Source: Acidilobaceae archaeon (GTDB lineage: Archaea > Thermoproteota > Thermoprotei_A > Sulfolobales > Acidilobaceae). Taken from it: a stretch of DNA of 46,678 bases. The DNA is taken from the NCBI GenBank assembly GCA_038824665.1, contig JAWBBK010000004.1, positions 1 to 46,678 on the forward strand, given 5' to 3'. The notes beneath the pieces were generated by a model. The model saw only the letters and a program-made list of their open reading frames with translations, searched no databases and was not told where the DNA came from. The position numbers and the translations under genes are program-made. Numbering within the stretch: the first letter of the stretch is position 1; each line of letters begins with the position of its first letter. Of the stretch, positions 26,420-36,225 are shown one piece after another.

Positions 26420-28343
26420 GACTCTTCTCTTCAACCTAATAACGGGAGCTAGAGCCAAAGTCTCTAACTGGCCTGGAACAACCGTTGAGCAGAGAGTAGG
26501 CTACAGATGGCACAAAGGCTATAAGCTAGAGGTCTTCGACCTTCCTGGTCTCTACTCTCTTAGCGGCTGGTCTCCAGAACAAGAGGTGTCAGCTAAGTTC
26601 TTATTAGAAGAACCACCAGATGTAGTTGTAGCCGTTTTAGACGCTTCAAATCTAGAAAGAGGGCTCTACTTAGTTCTTCAGCTTCTAGAAACCGAACTGA
26701 AAATAGTCATAGCTTTAAACAAGATCGATTTAGCTGAAAAACTTGGAATAGAGATCGACGTAGCAAAACTTTCTGAAATAATGTCATGTCCTGTAGTGCC
26801 TACAGTAGCGACCAAAGCTCAAGGCCTTTCAGCTCTTTTAGACTCCGTGGTCAGCGTTTACAAGTCTCAAGCTAAATCTAAGCCTCTACTATACGAAAGC
26901 GTGGAAGAACTCGCAAAGAGATTGATGGAAAGAACCAAGAACTACAAGGAGCTAAAAGGGATCTCATTGAGAAGACTGGCTCTTGCGCTTTTAGAGAAGG
27001 ACAGATGGGCTCTTTCCTTCGTTAACAGAGCGGGCTTAGAGAACTTGTTAGAAGAGCTTAGAGAGATCGAAAAAAGCCAAGGAGACCCTTCAGCTCTCGT
27101 AGCTCAAGCTAGATTAGAGAAAGCGAACAGTATACTAATTGAAGTTCAAAGAACCAGAGAGGCTCCTCTATACAGGTTATCGGACCTAGTGGATAAGGCC
27201 GTTTTAGATCCACATCTCTCTATTCCGATACTGCTTTCGCTCTTTTGGGCTCTCTTCATATTTACCTTTAAGGCTTCCGAGCCCTTTGTGGAACTCCTAG
27301 AGTCTTTCATTAACGTTGTCTCGAATGCCTTACTTGAAGCTCTTCCACAAAACTTGCTTTCAAACCTCATCGTAGAAGGAGTCGTAGCTGGCGTAGGAGC
27401 TGTAGTGGTTCTGCTTCCCATACTGATATTCCTTTTTATAGGTCTTGCTATTTTGGACGACACAGGATATATGGCTAGAGTGTCTGGACTTTTAGATCCA
27501 GTTGTATCTCGAGCTGGACTTTCCGGTAGGTCTGTACTTCCTCTAGCGGTTTGTCTCGGATGTAATGTAGTAGGGGTTAAAGCTACGAGAATAATCTCTG
27601 ACTCACGAGAAAGACTAAGAACTATACTGGTAGCTCCCTTCATGTCTTGTCCGGCTAGGCTACCTGTTTATGTAGTCGTCTCTTCTGCTGTTCTGGGTGG
27701 CTCTTTGGCTCCCGTAGCGCTCATGTACTTCCTGTCGCTAGCCGTGATCTTGTCTATAGCGTTGGGTTTGAAGAAGACAGTGATTAGAGAAGGAAGAGAG
27801 CTTCTTTTCACAGAGCTCCCCGAATACTCTCTTCCAGCTTTGATCAACATCAAAAACTTCGTAATCGAGAAGACTTTAGATTTCGTGAAGAGAGCTGGAA
27901 CCGTTTTGGTCTTAGCCTCAATCGCTGTCTGGATGTTTTTAAATATAGGAGTTCCTGAAGGAGGGAACGTTGAGGAGTCTCTAGGAGCTAGAGTAGCCAA
28001 GCTCATAGAGCATCTCTTCAAGCCTTTAGACTTCGACTGGAGGCTTGTGCTTGCTTTGCTCTCAGGGTTTTTAGCTAAAGAAGTGGTAGTAAGCACTTTA
28101 GCTATAGCCTTTGGAGATGAAGAGGAAAGGATAGCGGAGAGCTTAGGAGATTATGTAACTCCAGCTAGTGGGCTTGCTTTCATGACTTTCGTTTTGCTCT
28201 ACACACCTTGTGCTGCCACAATTGCAGCTATATGGGATGAAACTAAATCGCTTAAGTGGACTCTGTTTTCAATAGCTCTCTCTCTTCTCGTAGCCTACAT
28301 TGTCTCTACGATCGTTTACTTCATAGCGAAAGCGGTGATTTGA
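26370..28343 (+). CDS. feoB: Ferrous iron transport protein B
   Basis: GPPNSGKT, NWPGTTVE, DLPGLYSL, NKID, GYMAR, GCNV, FMSCPARLP, YTPC. Confidence 0.97.
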   Translation: MNKTIRVALIGPPNSGKTLLFNLITGARAKVSNWPGTTVEQRVGYRWHKGYKLEVFDLPGLYSLSGWSPEQEVSAKFLLEEPPDVVVAVLDASNLERGLYLVLQLLETELKIVIALNKIDLAEKLGIEIDVAKLSEIMSCPVVPTVATKAQGLSALLDSVVSVYKSQAKSKPLLYESVEELAKRLMERTKNYKELKGISLRRLALALLEKDRWALSFVNRAGLENLLEELREIEKSQGDPSALVAQARLEKANSILIEVQRTREAPLYRLSDLVDKAVLDPHLSIPILLSLFWALFIFTFKASEPFVELLESFINVVSNALLEALPQNLLSNLIVEGVVAGVGAVVVLLPILIFLFIGLAILDDTGYMARVSGLLDPVVSRAGLSGRSVLPLAVCLGCNVVGVKATRIISDSRERLRTILVAPFMSCPARLPVYVVVSSAVLGGSLAPVALMYFLSLAVILSIALGLKKTVIREGRELLFTELPEYSLPALINIKNFVIEKTLDFVKRAGTVLVLASIAVWMFLNIGVPEGGNVEESLGARVAKLIEHLFKPLDFDWRLVLALLSGFLAKEVVVSTLAIAFGDEEERIAESLGDYVTPASGLAFMTFVLLYTPCAATIAAIWDETKSLKWTLFSIALSLLVAYIVSTIVYFIAKAVI

Positions 28344-28344
28344 G

Positions 28345-28785
28345 ATGAGAATTCGGAGGCTTTACGTAGACCAGAAAGACGTAGAACTTTGGACTAACAG
28401 TCTAAAGCTTCACATAATGATAGCTACTCTTGCTGTTCTTTACATCTTAACGGCTGTTTTCGCTTTGATATACAATATCTCTGAACTTCTTGAGCTAAAG
28501 GTACTGGAAAGCTTTTGGAGCCTAGGTCTCTTCGACGCTTTAGCTTGTGCTACCATAGCGGGTCTTTACTTTAAGTCTCTGATCAACAGGAAAAAAGCTG
28601 AAGGTATAGGCTACGCACTTGTAGGCTCGACTCTCGGAGCTGTCTACTTAGCGGTTTATGTAACCATAGGCGTAGCTGAGTTCTTGATGGAGAGAAGCTT
28701 AGTCGAGCTGATTAGACCCGAAACGCTCTTGGGACTTGGTTCAGCTTTAGCGTTGTGGGTTTTGACTAACAGACTCTTCAAGTAG
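28345..28785 (+). CDS. Hypothetical membrane protein (about 4 TM), third gene of the feo operon
   Basis: Starts 1 nt after the feoB stop with a GGTGA SD; hydrophobic. Confidence 0.75.
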   Translation: MRIRRLYVDQKDVELWTNSLKLHIMIATLAVLYILTAVFALIYNISELLELKVLESFWSLGLFDALACATIAGLYFKSLINRKKAEGIGYALVGSTLGAVYLAVYVTIGVAEFLMERSLVELIRPETLLGLGSALALWVLTNRLFK

Positions 28786-29655
28786 AGAACGGGTCTCTCC
28801 TTTCAGCAAGACTACTCTATGCGGATAGGGTATCGCTATTCCCTGTGACTCTAAAGCGTTCTTTATGTCTCTGACTATCGTGCTCCTGACAGCAAAGAAC
28901 TCACGAGTAGGAGCCCAATAGAGGACTCTTATGTTGACTCCGCTTTCAGCTAAGCCCTCAACTATTATCATTGGCTCAGGCTCTACAAGAACTAACTCGT
29001 TGTTCCAGAGAGTTCTTCTTATGATTTCTACAGCTTTATCTATGTCGGAATCATACGATATGTTCACGACCACCTCTCCTCTCCTAGCTATAGGAGCGCT
29101 CACATTGTATAGCGAAGAGTTCATGAGGGCGCTATTAGGTAAGGTGAGCAGTTCTCCGCTTACAAGTCTTATCTGACTAGACATGAGCCCTACAGCTCTG
29201 ACTACTCCTAAATCGTTTCCTATTCTTACAGTGTCTCCTACTTTGACTCTGCCCTCAAGGAGTAAAGCTATACCGGCAAAGAGATTACCTAGAGTCTGTT
29301 GAGCTGCAAGACCTACTACAAGACCTAGAATTCCTGCCGCTAAAAGGACATTACCTATGTTGACTCCGGCTATAGATAAAGCCAAAACCACTCCTAGAAA
29401 TATCGTAAACAATCTAGCCGCTAGAGCTACGTTGTAAAGAACTTCTGGTCTTAAAGACGTCCTTAAAGAGTGGCTTCTCATAATCTTGTTCGCTACGTAT
29501 CCTGAGACGTATATAGAGAGAAGGAAGACTGTAAACGCCAACAGGTAAGAGGTGTAGTCTTTAAGAACATCTCTAATTCTTGGAACGATATCTGAAAGAA
29601 CTCCTTGAAGCCAGGCTAACGTTAACTCTATGATCTCACACCTCCTAAAACCCAA
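28747..29655 (-). CDS. mscS: Small-conductance mechanosensitive channel (start uncertain)
   Basis: GLAAQQTLGNLFAG, VKVGD, LPNS, ISYDSD, IPYP. Confidence 0.93.
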   Translation of the reverse strand: MGFRRCEIIELTLAWLQGVLSDIVPRIRDVLKDYTSYLLAFTVFLLSIYVSGYVANKIMRSHSLRTSLRPEVLYNVALAARLFTIFLGVVLALSIAGVNIGNVLLAAGILGLVVGLAAQQTLGNLFAGIALLLEGRVKVGDTVRIGNDLGVVRAVGLMSSQIRLVSGELLTLPNSALMNSSLYNVSAPIARRGEVVVNISYDSDIDKAVEIIRRTLWNNELVLVEPEPMIIVEGLAESGVNIRVLYWAPTREFFAVRSTIVRDIKNALESQGIAIPYPHRVVLLKGETRSLLEESVSQNPQR

Positions 29656-30349
29656 ACCTCATTATGTAGAAAGTGTCTGGCTGAAGTCTTAGAACTTCTT
29701 CTGCTCCTTCTAGAGAAGGGACTGCTTTAGGTCTTGCAATACCTGAGGTCTTGCCGTAGACTTCAAGAACTATCTTGCTGAACACAGGCTTCCCCTCTGA
29801 GGTCAGATAAGAGCCTAAGCCCAAAGTGGGAATCACTATCTTGCTGATCTGAACTAAGTCTTCGTCAAACCTAGCGTAGATTTCTACAGAGACCGTTCCT
29901 TTAAGATAACTAGGTAACTCTTCTAATATTCTGGAGTCGACATATCTACACGGGTCTCCTAAGTCAGGTGTTCCATAGATTGCATACTTAACTCTCCCAA
30001 TAGGGAGAGACCCAACCAAGACTCCGTTTACATATAGTCCTATATCTACAGGAAGTTCTAAAGCCAGCTCTGCAAAAGACCCTTTGAACATGTTTATAGG
30101 TTCTGAGAGTTTCACTAGAGCCCTCTTTACTTGGAGCTTCCACCCTCTAGGAGGGTGGGGTTTAACGTCGAGTCTAAGAGGCCAGAGGTTTACAGGCACT
30201 AATCCTAAGCTTCTTGAGCCCCACTGACTCTCATAAGATATCCTTACGAAGTTCTGCAACTCTTTTGTGATTACGATAGCTCCTGCCTCGTCTAGAGAGA
30301 TCTTGTATTCGTCAGAATCAATTACATAAGTCTTGTAAACCTTAAGCAG
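29645..30349 (-). CDS. DUF432-like protein (probable CTG start)
   Basis: PVDIG...KYAIYGTPDLG..CRY pattern; frame open to a CTG at 30349 behind GGTGA. Confidence 0.7.
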   Translation of the reverse strand: MLKVYKTYVIDSDEYKISLDEAGAIVITKELQNFVRISYESQWGSRSLGLVPVNLWPLRLDVKPHPPRGWKLQVKRALVKLSEPINMFKGSFAELALELPVDIGLYVNGVLVGSLPIGRVKYAIYGTPDLGDPCRYVDSRILEELPSYLKGTVSVEIYARFDEDLVQISKIVIPTLGLGSYLTSEGKPVFSKIVLEVYGKTSGIARPKAVPSLEGAEEVLRLQPDTFYIMRFGF

Positions 30350-30355
30350 AGAGGC

Positions 30356-31348
30356 TCACCACTCCTTTCTCGCTATTTTAGCCGCCTCTACCATGACCTT
30401 CAGCTTCTCTCTAGCCACCTCTCTCGGAAGCCTCTTTAGTCCACAGTCTGGGTCGACGTAGACTTTCTCAGGACCTACAATGTCCGCTTTCATAAGTAAA
30501 TCTATCGCTTCTTTTACCTCAGATACCGTTTCAACCCTTAAGGAGTGCACGTCAATGACTCCGTAGCCTATCTCCTTATTGTAGCCATACTCTTTGAGAT
30601 AGGACAATAACCTAAAGCCGTTGTTTTTCATTTCTAGGTCGAGTTGGTCGATAGGGTAGTCTAAGATATAGGAAAGAACTCTTTCAAGCCTTCCATAGCA
30701 CACGTGTAAGATCCTCTTGGCTTCTACCCCCTTCAACATTATATCTAGAGCTTCTTTGAGGAGATCTGCTTCCTCTTTCGTAGGTCTTGTAGAGAGAGCT
30801 GGCTCATCGATTTGAATGTAACGAGCTCCTAGCCTTATGTACTCCTCTATCTCCTTTTTCAACAGTCTAGCTAGCTCTAGTACGGCCTCTCTTTTGTCTT
30901 TATAGTACAGGTCGAAGCTCCATTCATACATAGTGTACGGTCCTGTCAATATGGCTTTCACAGGCCTTCCGTTTGAGACTTTCACAGCATAAAGCCAGTC
31001 GTCTACAGTCATAGGCTTAGTCCATTCAAGCTTAGAAGCTATGATAGGCTTTCTAAAGTAAACGTTATCAAATATCCTAACCCAATCACCAGCTTCGTAA
31101 CCTTTTATTAACTCAGCGAAAAAGACCACCATATCTTCTCTGCTCTGCTCTCCGTCGCTGATTATATCTACTCCAGCCCACAAGTAGTCTTCGACTACAG
31201 CTTTGATAGCTTTCTCTATTAAAGACCTGAACTCCTCTTCTGAAATCGCTCCAGCTCTCTTCTTCCTTAAAGCCTCTTCTGCTTCAGGGACTTTAGGATA
31301 GCTTCCTACAACCGTAGTGGGAAACTTCTTAGGGACCTCGTAGACCAT
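30356..31348 (-). CDS. metE: Cobalamin-independent methionine synthase, catalytic subunit of split MetE
   Basis: [32 protein letters not shown]; Zn ligands HVC, E and PDCG. Confidence 0.93.
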   Translation of the reverse strand: MVYEVPKKFPTTVVGSYPKVPEAEEALRKKRAGAISEEEFRSLIEKAIKAVVEDYLWAGVDIISDGEQSREDMVVFFAELIKGYEAGDWVRIFDNVYFRKPIIASKLEWTKPMTVDDWLYAVKVSNGRPVKAILTGPYTMYEWSFDLYYKDKREAVLELARLLKKEIEEYIRLGARYIQIDEPALSTRPTKEEADLLKEALDIMLKGVEAKRILHVCYGRLERVLSYILDYPIDQLDLEMKNNGFRLLSYLKEYGYNKEIGYGVIDVHSLRVETVSEVKEAIDLLMKADIVGPEKVYVDPDCGLKRLPREVAREKLKVMVEAAKIARKEW

Positions 31349-31353
31349 AAACC

Positions 31354-32337
31354 TCACCTTAGAGTTCCTCTTACAATCTCAGCTAAAGCTCCTAACAGCC
31401 TTGTTTTCTTTATGCTATACTCATAAGGTATTAGATCTAACCAAGTAGAGGTTGTGAGTCCTAGTTCTTCCTGACCTCTAGCTAGTCTCACAGCGAGATC
31501 TGCAAGCTTAGCTAGATCATCATCATATATAGTTCTAGAGTTCACCAAGCCTAAAACTGGACAATAGCCTGGAAACCCTTTAGCTTCGACAAGCTTCAAA
31601 GCATCCGATAGTGAGTCGATCACATCTATAGAGATGCAAGAGACTCTGGACGCTAACAGTTGTTCGTAGACCTCAGGTTTAGGTACTCCAAAGTATATTG
31701 CCAAAGCCGTTTTTGCGTGTTCTGACTCCTTAGCTATCAGTGACGCTAGCTCTGCTGCAAGAGCTCCGTGATCTCTCGTAGCGCCTAGATCGCTGAGAAA
31801 CGGTTCATCGATCTGGATAAACGAACAGCCTGCCTCAACTGAAGCCCTAGCTTCTCGAGCTAAAAGCTTAGCTATAGAGTAAGCTAGCTCTTCGAAGCTC
31901 TTACCAGAAGCGTTTTTGCTTAGAGAAGCGAAAGTTATCGGACCCGGTAGAACCACTTTGAAGCCCGCAGGCTCTGCCAGTTGCCTCAAAGACTTCACTC
32001 TCTGAGGCCATACTGTATTGTTTGCTTCAGGAAGTCCTGTGAAGACAGGAACTCTGTAGAAGAAGTTGTTATCGAAATATCTCAATAGCTCTGATGCCGT
32101 TACGTTACGCCATGCTGAAACAAAAGGTCTAAAGGGGTCATGCCAGTCCAACATTCCATCAGTCACGTAATCCATGCCAGAAGCTAGCTGAGCTCCTATG
32201 ATGACAGAGGAGTTCTTGAGCAAAGCTAGCTCTACTTCTTCTCTGCTCACAAGCCCCATCTCGTAATCTCTCAAAAGCCTTCTAACAGCTCTGTTTCTAG
32301 GATAACCTCCGAGAGGCGAAGTCCAGACTCTAGTCAT
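31354..32337 (-). CDS. MetE N-terminal-like (non-catalytic) subunit of split MetE
   Basis: [32 protein letters not shown]; no HxC/C Zn ligands. Confidence 0.88.
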   Translation of the reverse strand: MTRVWTSPLGGYPRNRAVRRLLRDYEMGLVSREEVELALLKNSSVIIGAQLASGMDYVTDGMLDWHDPFRPFVSAWRNVTASELLRYFDNNFFYRVPVFTGLPEANNTVWPQRVKSLRQLAEPAGFKVVLPGPITFASLSKNASGKSFEELAYSIAKLLAREARASVEAGCSFIQIDEPFLSDLGATRDHGALAAELASLIAKESEHAKTALAIYFGVPKPEVYEQLLASRVSCISIDVIDSLSDALKLVEAKGFPGYCPVLGLVNSRTIYDDDLAKLADLAVRLARGQEELGLTTSTWLDLIPYEYSIKKTRLLGALAEIVRGTLR

Positions 32338-32473
32338 AGCTGAGCTCCTACCAAACGGTGGTCTCTGTATTTAAATTTTCTATCATACTTTGCGCTTCCA
32401 AGAAAGGAAAATTGAAATTTTTATAATACGTAGATATATTGTCCTCTAAGAAAGTACCTCTGGGGGAGAGAGA

Positions 32474-32932
32474 TTGGAACAGAGAATATTTAATGAGATC
32501 GATGTCGCTAAAGTCACAAAGCTCATGAAGGAAAGAGGACTTAAGGTAACGCCTCAGAGAGTCCTGATAGCTAAAGCCATTTTAGAAAACGTAGCTCGTC
32601 ATCCTTCGTTGAAGGAGTTGTACGAAATGGTGAGTAATACGCTCCCTGGAGTAGGCGTGTCGACAGTATACAATACGATAATCATGTTGGAATCCGTAGG
32701 CTTGATAAAAACCTTCTATGTAGAAGGAAGACTTCACGTAGACAACCCTAAAGTCCATATCAATATGTACTGTAAAGACAGACATGAGATCTTAGACCTA
32801 GAAGAAGAAATAGGAAACGAGGTCATCAACGTTCTTGAAAAACGAGGAATCCCAGTCAGAAATCCGACGATCTTGATCATAGGCTCTTGCGAACAAAACT
32901 CAACGTTCTCCGAGACCTCTAAGTTGCCGTGA
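32474..32932 (+). CDS. fur: Fur-family transcriptional regulator
   Basis: GLKVTPQR, HPS, STVYNT, HIN.YC. Confidence 0.88.
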   Translation: MEQRIFNEIDVAKVTKLMKERGLKVTPQRVLIAKAILENVARHPSLKELYEMVSNTLPGVGVSTVYNTIIMLESVGLIKTFYVEGRLHVDNPKVHINMYCKDRHEILDLEEEIGNEVINVLEKRGIPVRNPTILIIGSCEQNSTFSETSKLP

Positions 32933-33511
32933 CTCTAAGTCTACTAGCAGAGCTAAAGTCTCATCTACAAGTCTTCGAGCCACATCAGCTTTACGTCTAA
33001 CTCCGGGTATCAGAGGGTCTGGATAGTCGAGTTGTTGAAGCACTTCTAGGATTCCTTCCATCCAACCGATCAATCTCCACGCTTCTTCAAAGTCTTTTCT
33101 CTTAACGGCTAAGAGAACTAGTCTTCTGAGTTCACCTACAGCGTCTCCTAAGCCTTGAAGATATGGAACTGGAGGAACCTCGAGTTCTTCGGGACCTTCT
33201 GGTTCCTTCTTTTCAACTATGTTCAGAACTATAGAAGCCTCTACGTACTCACTAAGAGCGTTGTAGACTAACCCTGTGTACAGAAGGTCTGGATAAGACC
33301 TCAATCTAGACATCAGCTCTAGAACTACGTTCTTCGTGGCTTCGAGGCTTTCACGAGCAGAAGCGTAGTCTCCCTCTCTTATAAATTTGAGCACTTTCTT
33401 AGTCAATCTCACCACCTCTCGCGACTTCTTTATAGCGAACTCTCTCGTAGCGTCCCTCTCGTCGAGATATGAAGATATCCTTGCTGCTGTTTCTAGAAGC
33501 TTGTGTCTCAA
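32900..33511 (-). CDS. Translin/TRAX-family RNase
   Basis: RE..IKKSRE, EYVEA, YLQGLGDAVGELRR, RRKAD. Confidence 0.88.
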   Translation of the reverse strand: MRHKLLETAARISSYLDERDATREFAIKKSREVVRLTKKVLKFIREGDYASARESLEATKNVVLELMSRLRSYPDLLYTGLVYNALSEYVEASIVLNIVEKKEPEGPEELEVPPVPYLQGLGDAVGELRRLVLLAVKRKDFEEAWRLIGWMEGILEVLQQLDYPDPLIPGVRRKADVARRLVDETLALLVDLESRQLRGLGER

Positions 33512-33553
33512 AGTCTAGCCCTCTGTCATCTCCTAAGCTTAAGCTTTAAGCTC

Positions 33554-33581
33554 TAGAGCCCTTCGTTCACAAAGGGCTCTA
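33554..33581. promoter_or_regulatory. Perfect 10-bp inverted repeat, candidate NikR operator
   Basis: TAGAGCCCTT-N8-AAGGGCTCTA between a TTTAAG box and the nikR ATG. Confidence 0.5.
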
Positions 33582-33988
33582 TGAAGGGGTTTGTCAAAAC
33601 AGGGGTTTCCATACCTAAAGAGCTAGCCGATAAGCTAGAGGAGACCATGAGGGCTTTAGGGATCGAAAACAGGTCTCAAGCTATAACTATGGCTATCAGG
33701 GAGTTCATAGCCAGACAGGCATGGAGTCTAGACGAGAGTAAGCAGGTAGCTGGAGCTATCTTGGTGCTCTACGATCACACCAAACACGAGATCGAAGAAG
33801 AGTTGACAGACGTCCAGCATGATCATCTTGATGTGATAGTCTCAGTACTTCACGTACATTTATCGAAGGAAGACTGTATGGAAATAATAGCGGTGAGAGG
33901 TAGTGCAAATAGAGTGAAGGAGTTGTTGAAAAGGTTAGGTTCTGTAAAAAGAATCAAAGACTTAGCGGTCTCGCTAACAGTTGTTTGA
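33581..33988 (+). CDS. nikR: Nickel-responsive regulator
   Basis: RHH N-terminus (KTGVSIP, NRSQAI); YDH, QH, HVHL and C nickel site. Confidence 0.93.
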   Translation: MKGFVKTGVSIPKELADKLEETMRALGIENRSQAITMAIREFIARQAWSLDESKQVAGAILVLYDHTKHEIEEELTDVQHDHLDVIVSVLHVHLSKEDCMEIIAVRGSANRVKELLKRLGSVKRIKDLAVSLTVV

Positions 33989-34018
33989 AGTGTAAGCTTT
34001 CAAAAAAGGTGCTGTAAG

Positions 34019-35206
34019 TTGTACCTCACCAAAGAAGAAGAGAACATACTCAAAGGAGAAGAAGGATGGGCCAAAGCTAAAGCTCTTGAAGTCGTGGTGA
34101 GAGTAGGAGAGGCTTTAGGAGCTGAAAGGCTCATAGAAATAAAGCATGCTCACGTCTCTGGAGTCTCATACGAGAACATAGGAGAAGCTGGTCTTAAGTT
34201 CATAGAAGACTTGGCTCTAAGCGGAGCTAAGTTTAGCGTACCCACATCTGTGAACCCTATAAGCTTCGACCTAGACTACGAAGGTCTGCCAGGACTCTTT
34301 AAGTATCGAAGAGAAGATGTCGATAAGCAGATCAGGATATTAAGAGCTCTTTACTCTATGGGAGCAAAGCCTACTCTCACCTGTGCTCCATACTATGAAA
34401 ACCACTTCCTAGAGTTAGACTTGAAGCCTGGAGACAGCGTAGCCTGGGGAGAGTCTAGCGCAGTCGTTTATGCCAACAGCGTTTTGGGACTCAAGACCAA
34501 TAGAGAAGGAGGACCTATAGCTCTGCTAGCTAGCGTTGCTGGAAGAACCTACTATTACGGGATGCACCTAGATGAAGAAAGACGTCCAAGAACAGCTTAC
34601 GAGATAGACTGGATCGTGAGAGATGAAACAGAAGCTGGAGTTCTAGGAGCTCTCTTAGCTGAAAGACACCAAAGCGAAGGGCCTCCTTTACTTTCCGGTA
34701 GAATTGAAGGGGAGGGACCTCTCAGAGAGTTTTTGGCCTCAGTTGGAGTCGAGGGAGACCTAGCCATGGTTTACCTACCGGGAGTGAGTCGAGATAAAGA
34801 GCCTGAAGCTATAGAGAAAAGAGAAGAGATCAGCAGAGAAGAAGTGAATAGCATGCTTGAAGAGCTAAGTCCTACAGGTCCTGTAGACGTGATTTACATA
34901 GGATGTCCTCATCTGAGTTTAACCGAGTTCGAGAAACTGGTTCACAAGATAGAGAAAACCGAAACCAAAGTTTTGCTTACAGTGTCTCCCGAGGTCTACG
35001 CTTCTGCGAAGATGAGAGGATTAACTGAAAAACTAGAGAGAAAAGAGGTACTCGTAGCTAAAGGGACTTGTTTAGTCGTTAGCTCTTTTTGGAGACTCGG
35101 ACTGAGCGTCGCTACAAACAGCTACAAGGCATACTTTTATCTCAAGAGAAAAGGCGTGAGAGTCTATCTAGCTAGAACTCAAGACCTTCTGAAGATGGTG
35201 TCTTAA
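34019..35206 (+). CDS. Aconitase X large subunit (probable phosphomevalonate dehydratase L)
   Basis: MYLTKEEE, AHVSGVSY, TCAPY, AWGES, TNREGGP, GCPH, TCLVVS. Confidence 0.9.
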   Translation: MYLTKEEENILKGEEGWAKAKALEVVVRVGEALGAERLIEIKHAHVSGVSYENIGEAGLKFIEDLALSGAKFSVPTSVNPISFDLDYEGLPGLFKYRREDVDKQIRILRALYSMGAKPTLTCAPYYENHFLELDLKPGDSVAWGESSAVVYANSVLGLKTNREGGPIALLASVAGRTYYYGMHLDEERRPRTAYEIDWIVRDETEAGVLGALLAERHQSEGPPLLSGRIEGEGPLREFLASVGVEGDLAMVYLPGVSRDKEPEAIEKREEISREEVNSMLEELSPTGPVDVIYIGCPHLSLTEFEKLVHKIEKTETKVLLTVSPEVYASAKMRGLTEKLERKEVLVAKGTCLVVSSFWRLGLSVATNSYKAYFYLKRKGVRVYLARTQDLLKMVS

Positions 35207-35207
35207 G

Positions 35208-35594
35208 TTGATCTGTAAAGAGTTCAAAGGTAGAGCGGTAGTTTCTGGAAGAGTAGAAGGTGAAGCTCTGCTAGTAGACTCTATAAGCTTCTACGGAGAC
35301 GTGGACCCCCACACAGCTACTCTCTTTGATGGAAGAAGTGTGACAAATAAAGTCATAATAGCAGGTAGGCCCAGAGGTAGCACTGTAGGCCCTTATGTGC
35401 TCTATTCACTCAAACAGAAAGGACTAGAACCCAAAGCTATACTTCTAGCGTCGAAAAGCGATCCGGTTCTAGTAGCCGGAGCTGTGTTAGCTGACGTCGT
35501 TTTGATCGATAACTTACCTCGCGAAGTCCTCGAAGTAAAAGAGGGATCTCAAATCTTCATCGACGAAAACGGAGTTGTCAAAGCCTGCCTCTAA
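35208..35594 (+). CDS. Aconitase X swivel subunit (DUF126; phosphomevalonate dehydratase S)
   Basis: GEAL, SFYGDVDP, RGSTVG. Confidence 0.9.
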   Translation: MICKEFKGRAVVSGRVEGEALLVDSISFYGDVDPHTATLFDGRSVTNKVIIAGRPRGSTVGPYVLYSLKQKGLEPKAILLASKSDPVLVAGAVLADVVLIDNLPREVLEVKEGSQIFIDENGVVKACL

Positions 35595-36225
35595 TATGCT
35601 TCACCACTTTAGAGTATACCTCTTCGTGAACCTCCTCTATAGGTCTGGGACTTCCAGTAGGACTTACGCCTTCTACTCTAATCACCTTCACGCCACGAGC
35701 CTCAACTTTCTTCAAAACGCTTTCTAAAGCTTTCTTTATCTCCTCTAGTCTCTCTTTAGTCTCGTAATACGCTCTCGAAGGTCTTTCTTTAATCCTAGAG
35801 AGAGCTATGGAAACTGGAACATCTATATAAATCACTAAATCTGCTTCTGGAGCTCTTGAATTCAAGAGTTCTACCCAATCAGCTCCGCTTTTGATTCCCT
35901 GATAGGCTACGTTAGAGTACTTGTATCTATCGCTTATGACTAAGTAGCCTTCTTCTAAGAGCTTCAGAACTCCTGGTCCGACACAACTAGAGACTCTCAA
36001 ATGCCAGAGTCTGTCCGCAGCGTAGAGCAAAGCCATTATATCGCTGTCAAGAGGTTGGTCTGAGTAAAGAAGTTCTCTGATCAAAGAGCCTATAGGGCTC
36101 CAAGTAGGCTCTTTAGTGTAAATAGCTTTGAACCCTTCTTTCTTGAGTCTCTCTACGAGTAGCTTAGAGTGAGTAGTTAGTCCAGAGCCGTCTATTCCCT
36201 CGACGGCTATGAGCGCTCCCTGCGA
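35578..36225 (-). CDS. tmk: Thymidylate kinase (start not resolved)
   Basis: IAVEGIDGSGLTT upstream of the ORF-track start; KEPT, LLYAADR, SDRY..S..AYQ. Confidence 0.9.
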   Translation of the reverse strand, partial: SQGALIAVEGIDGSGLTTHSKLLVERLKKEGFKAIYTKEPTWSPIGSLIRELLYSDQPLDSDIMALLYAADRLWHLRVSSCVGPGVLKLLEEGYLVISDRYKYSNVAYQGIKSGADWVELLNSRAPEADLVIYIDVPVSIALSRIKERPSRAYYETKERLEEIKKALESVLKKVEARGVKVIRVEGVSPTGSPRPIEEVHEEVYSKVVKHIRGRL

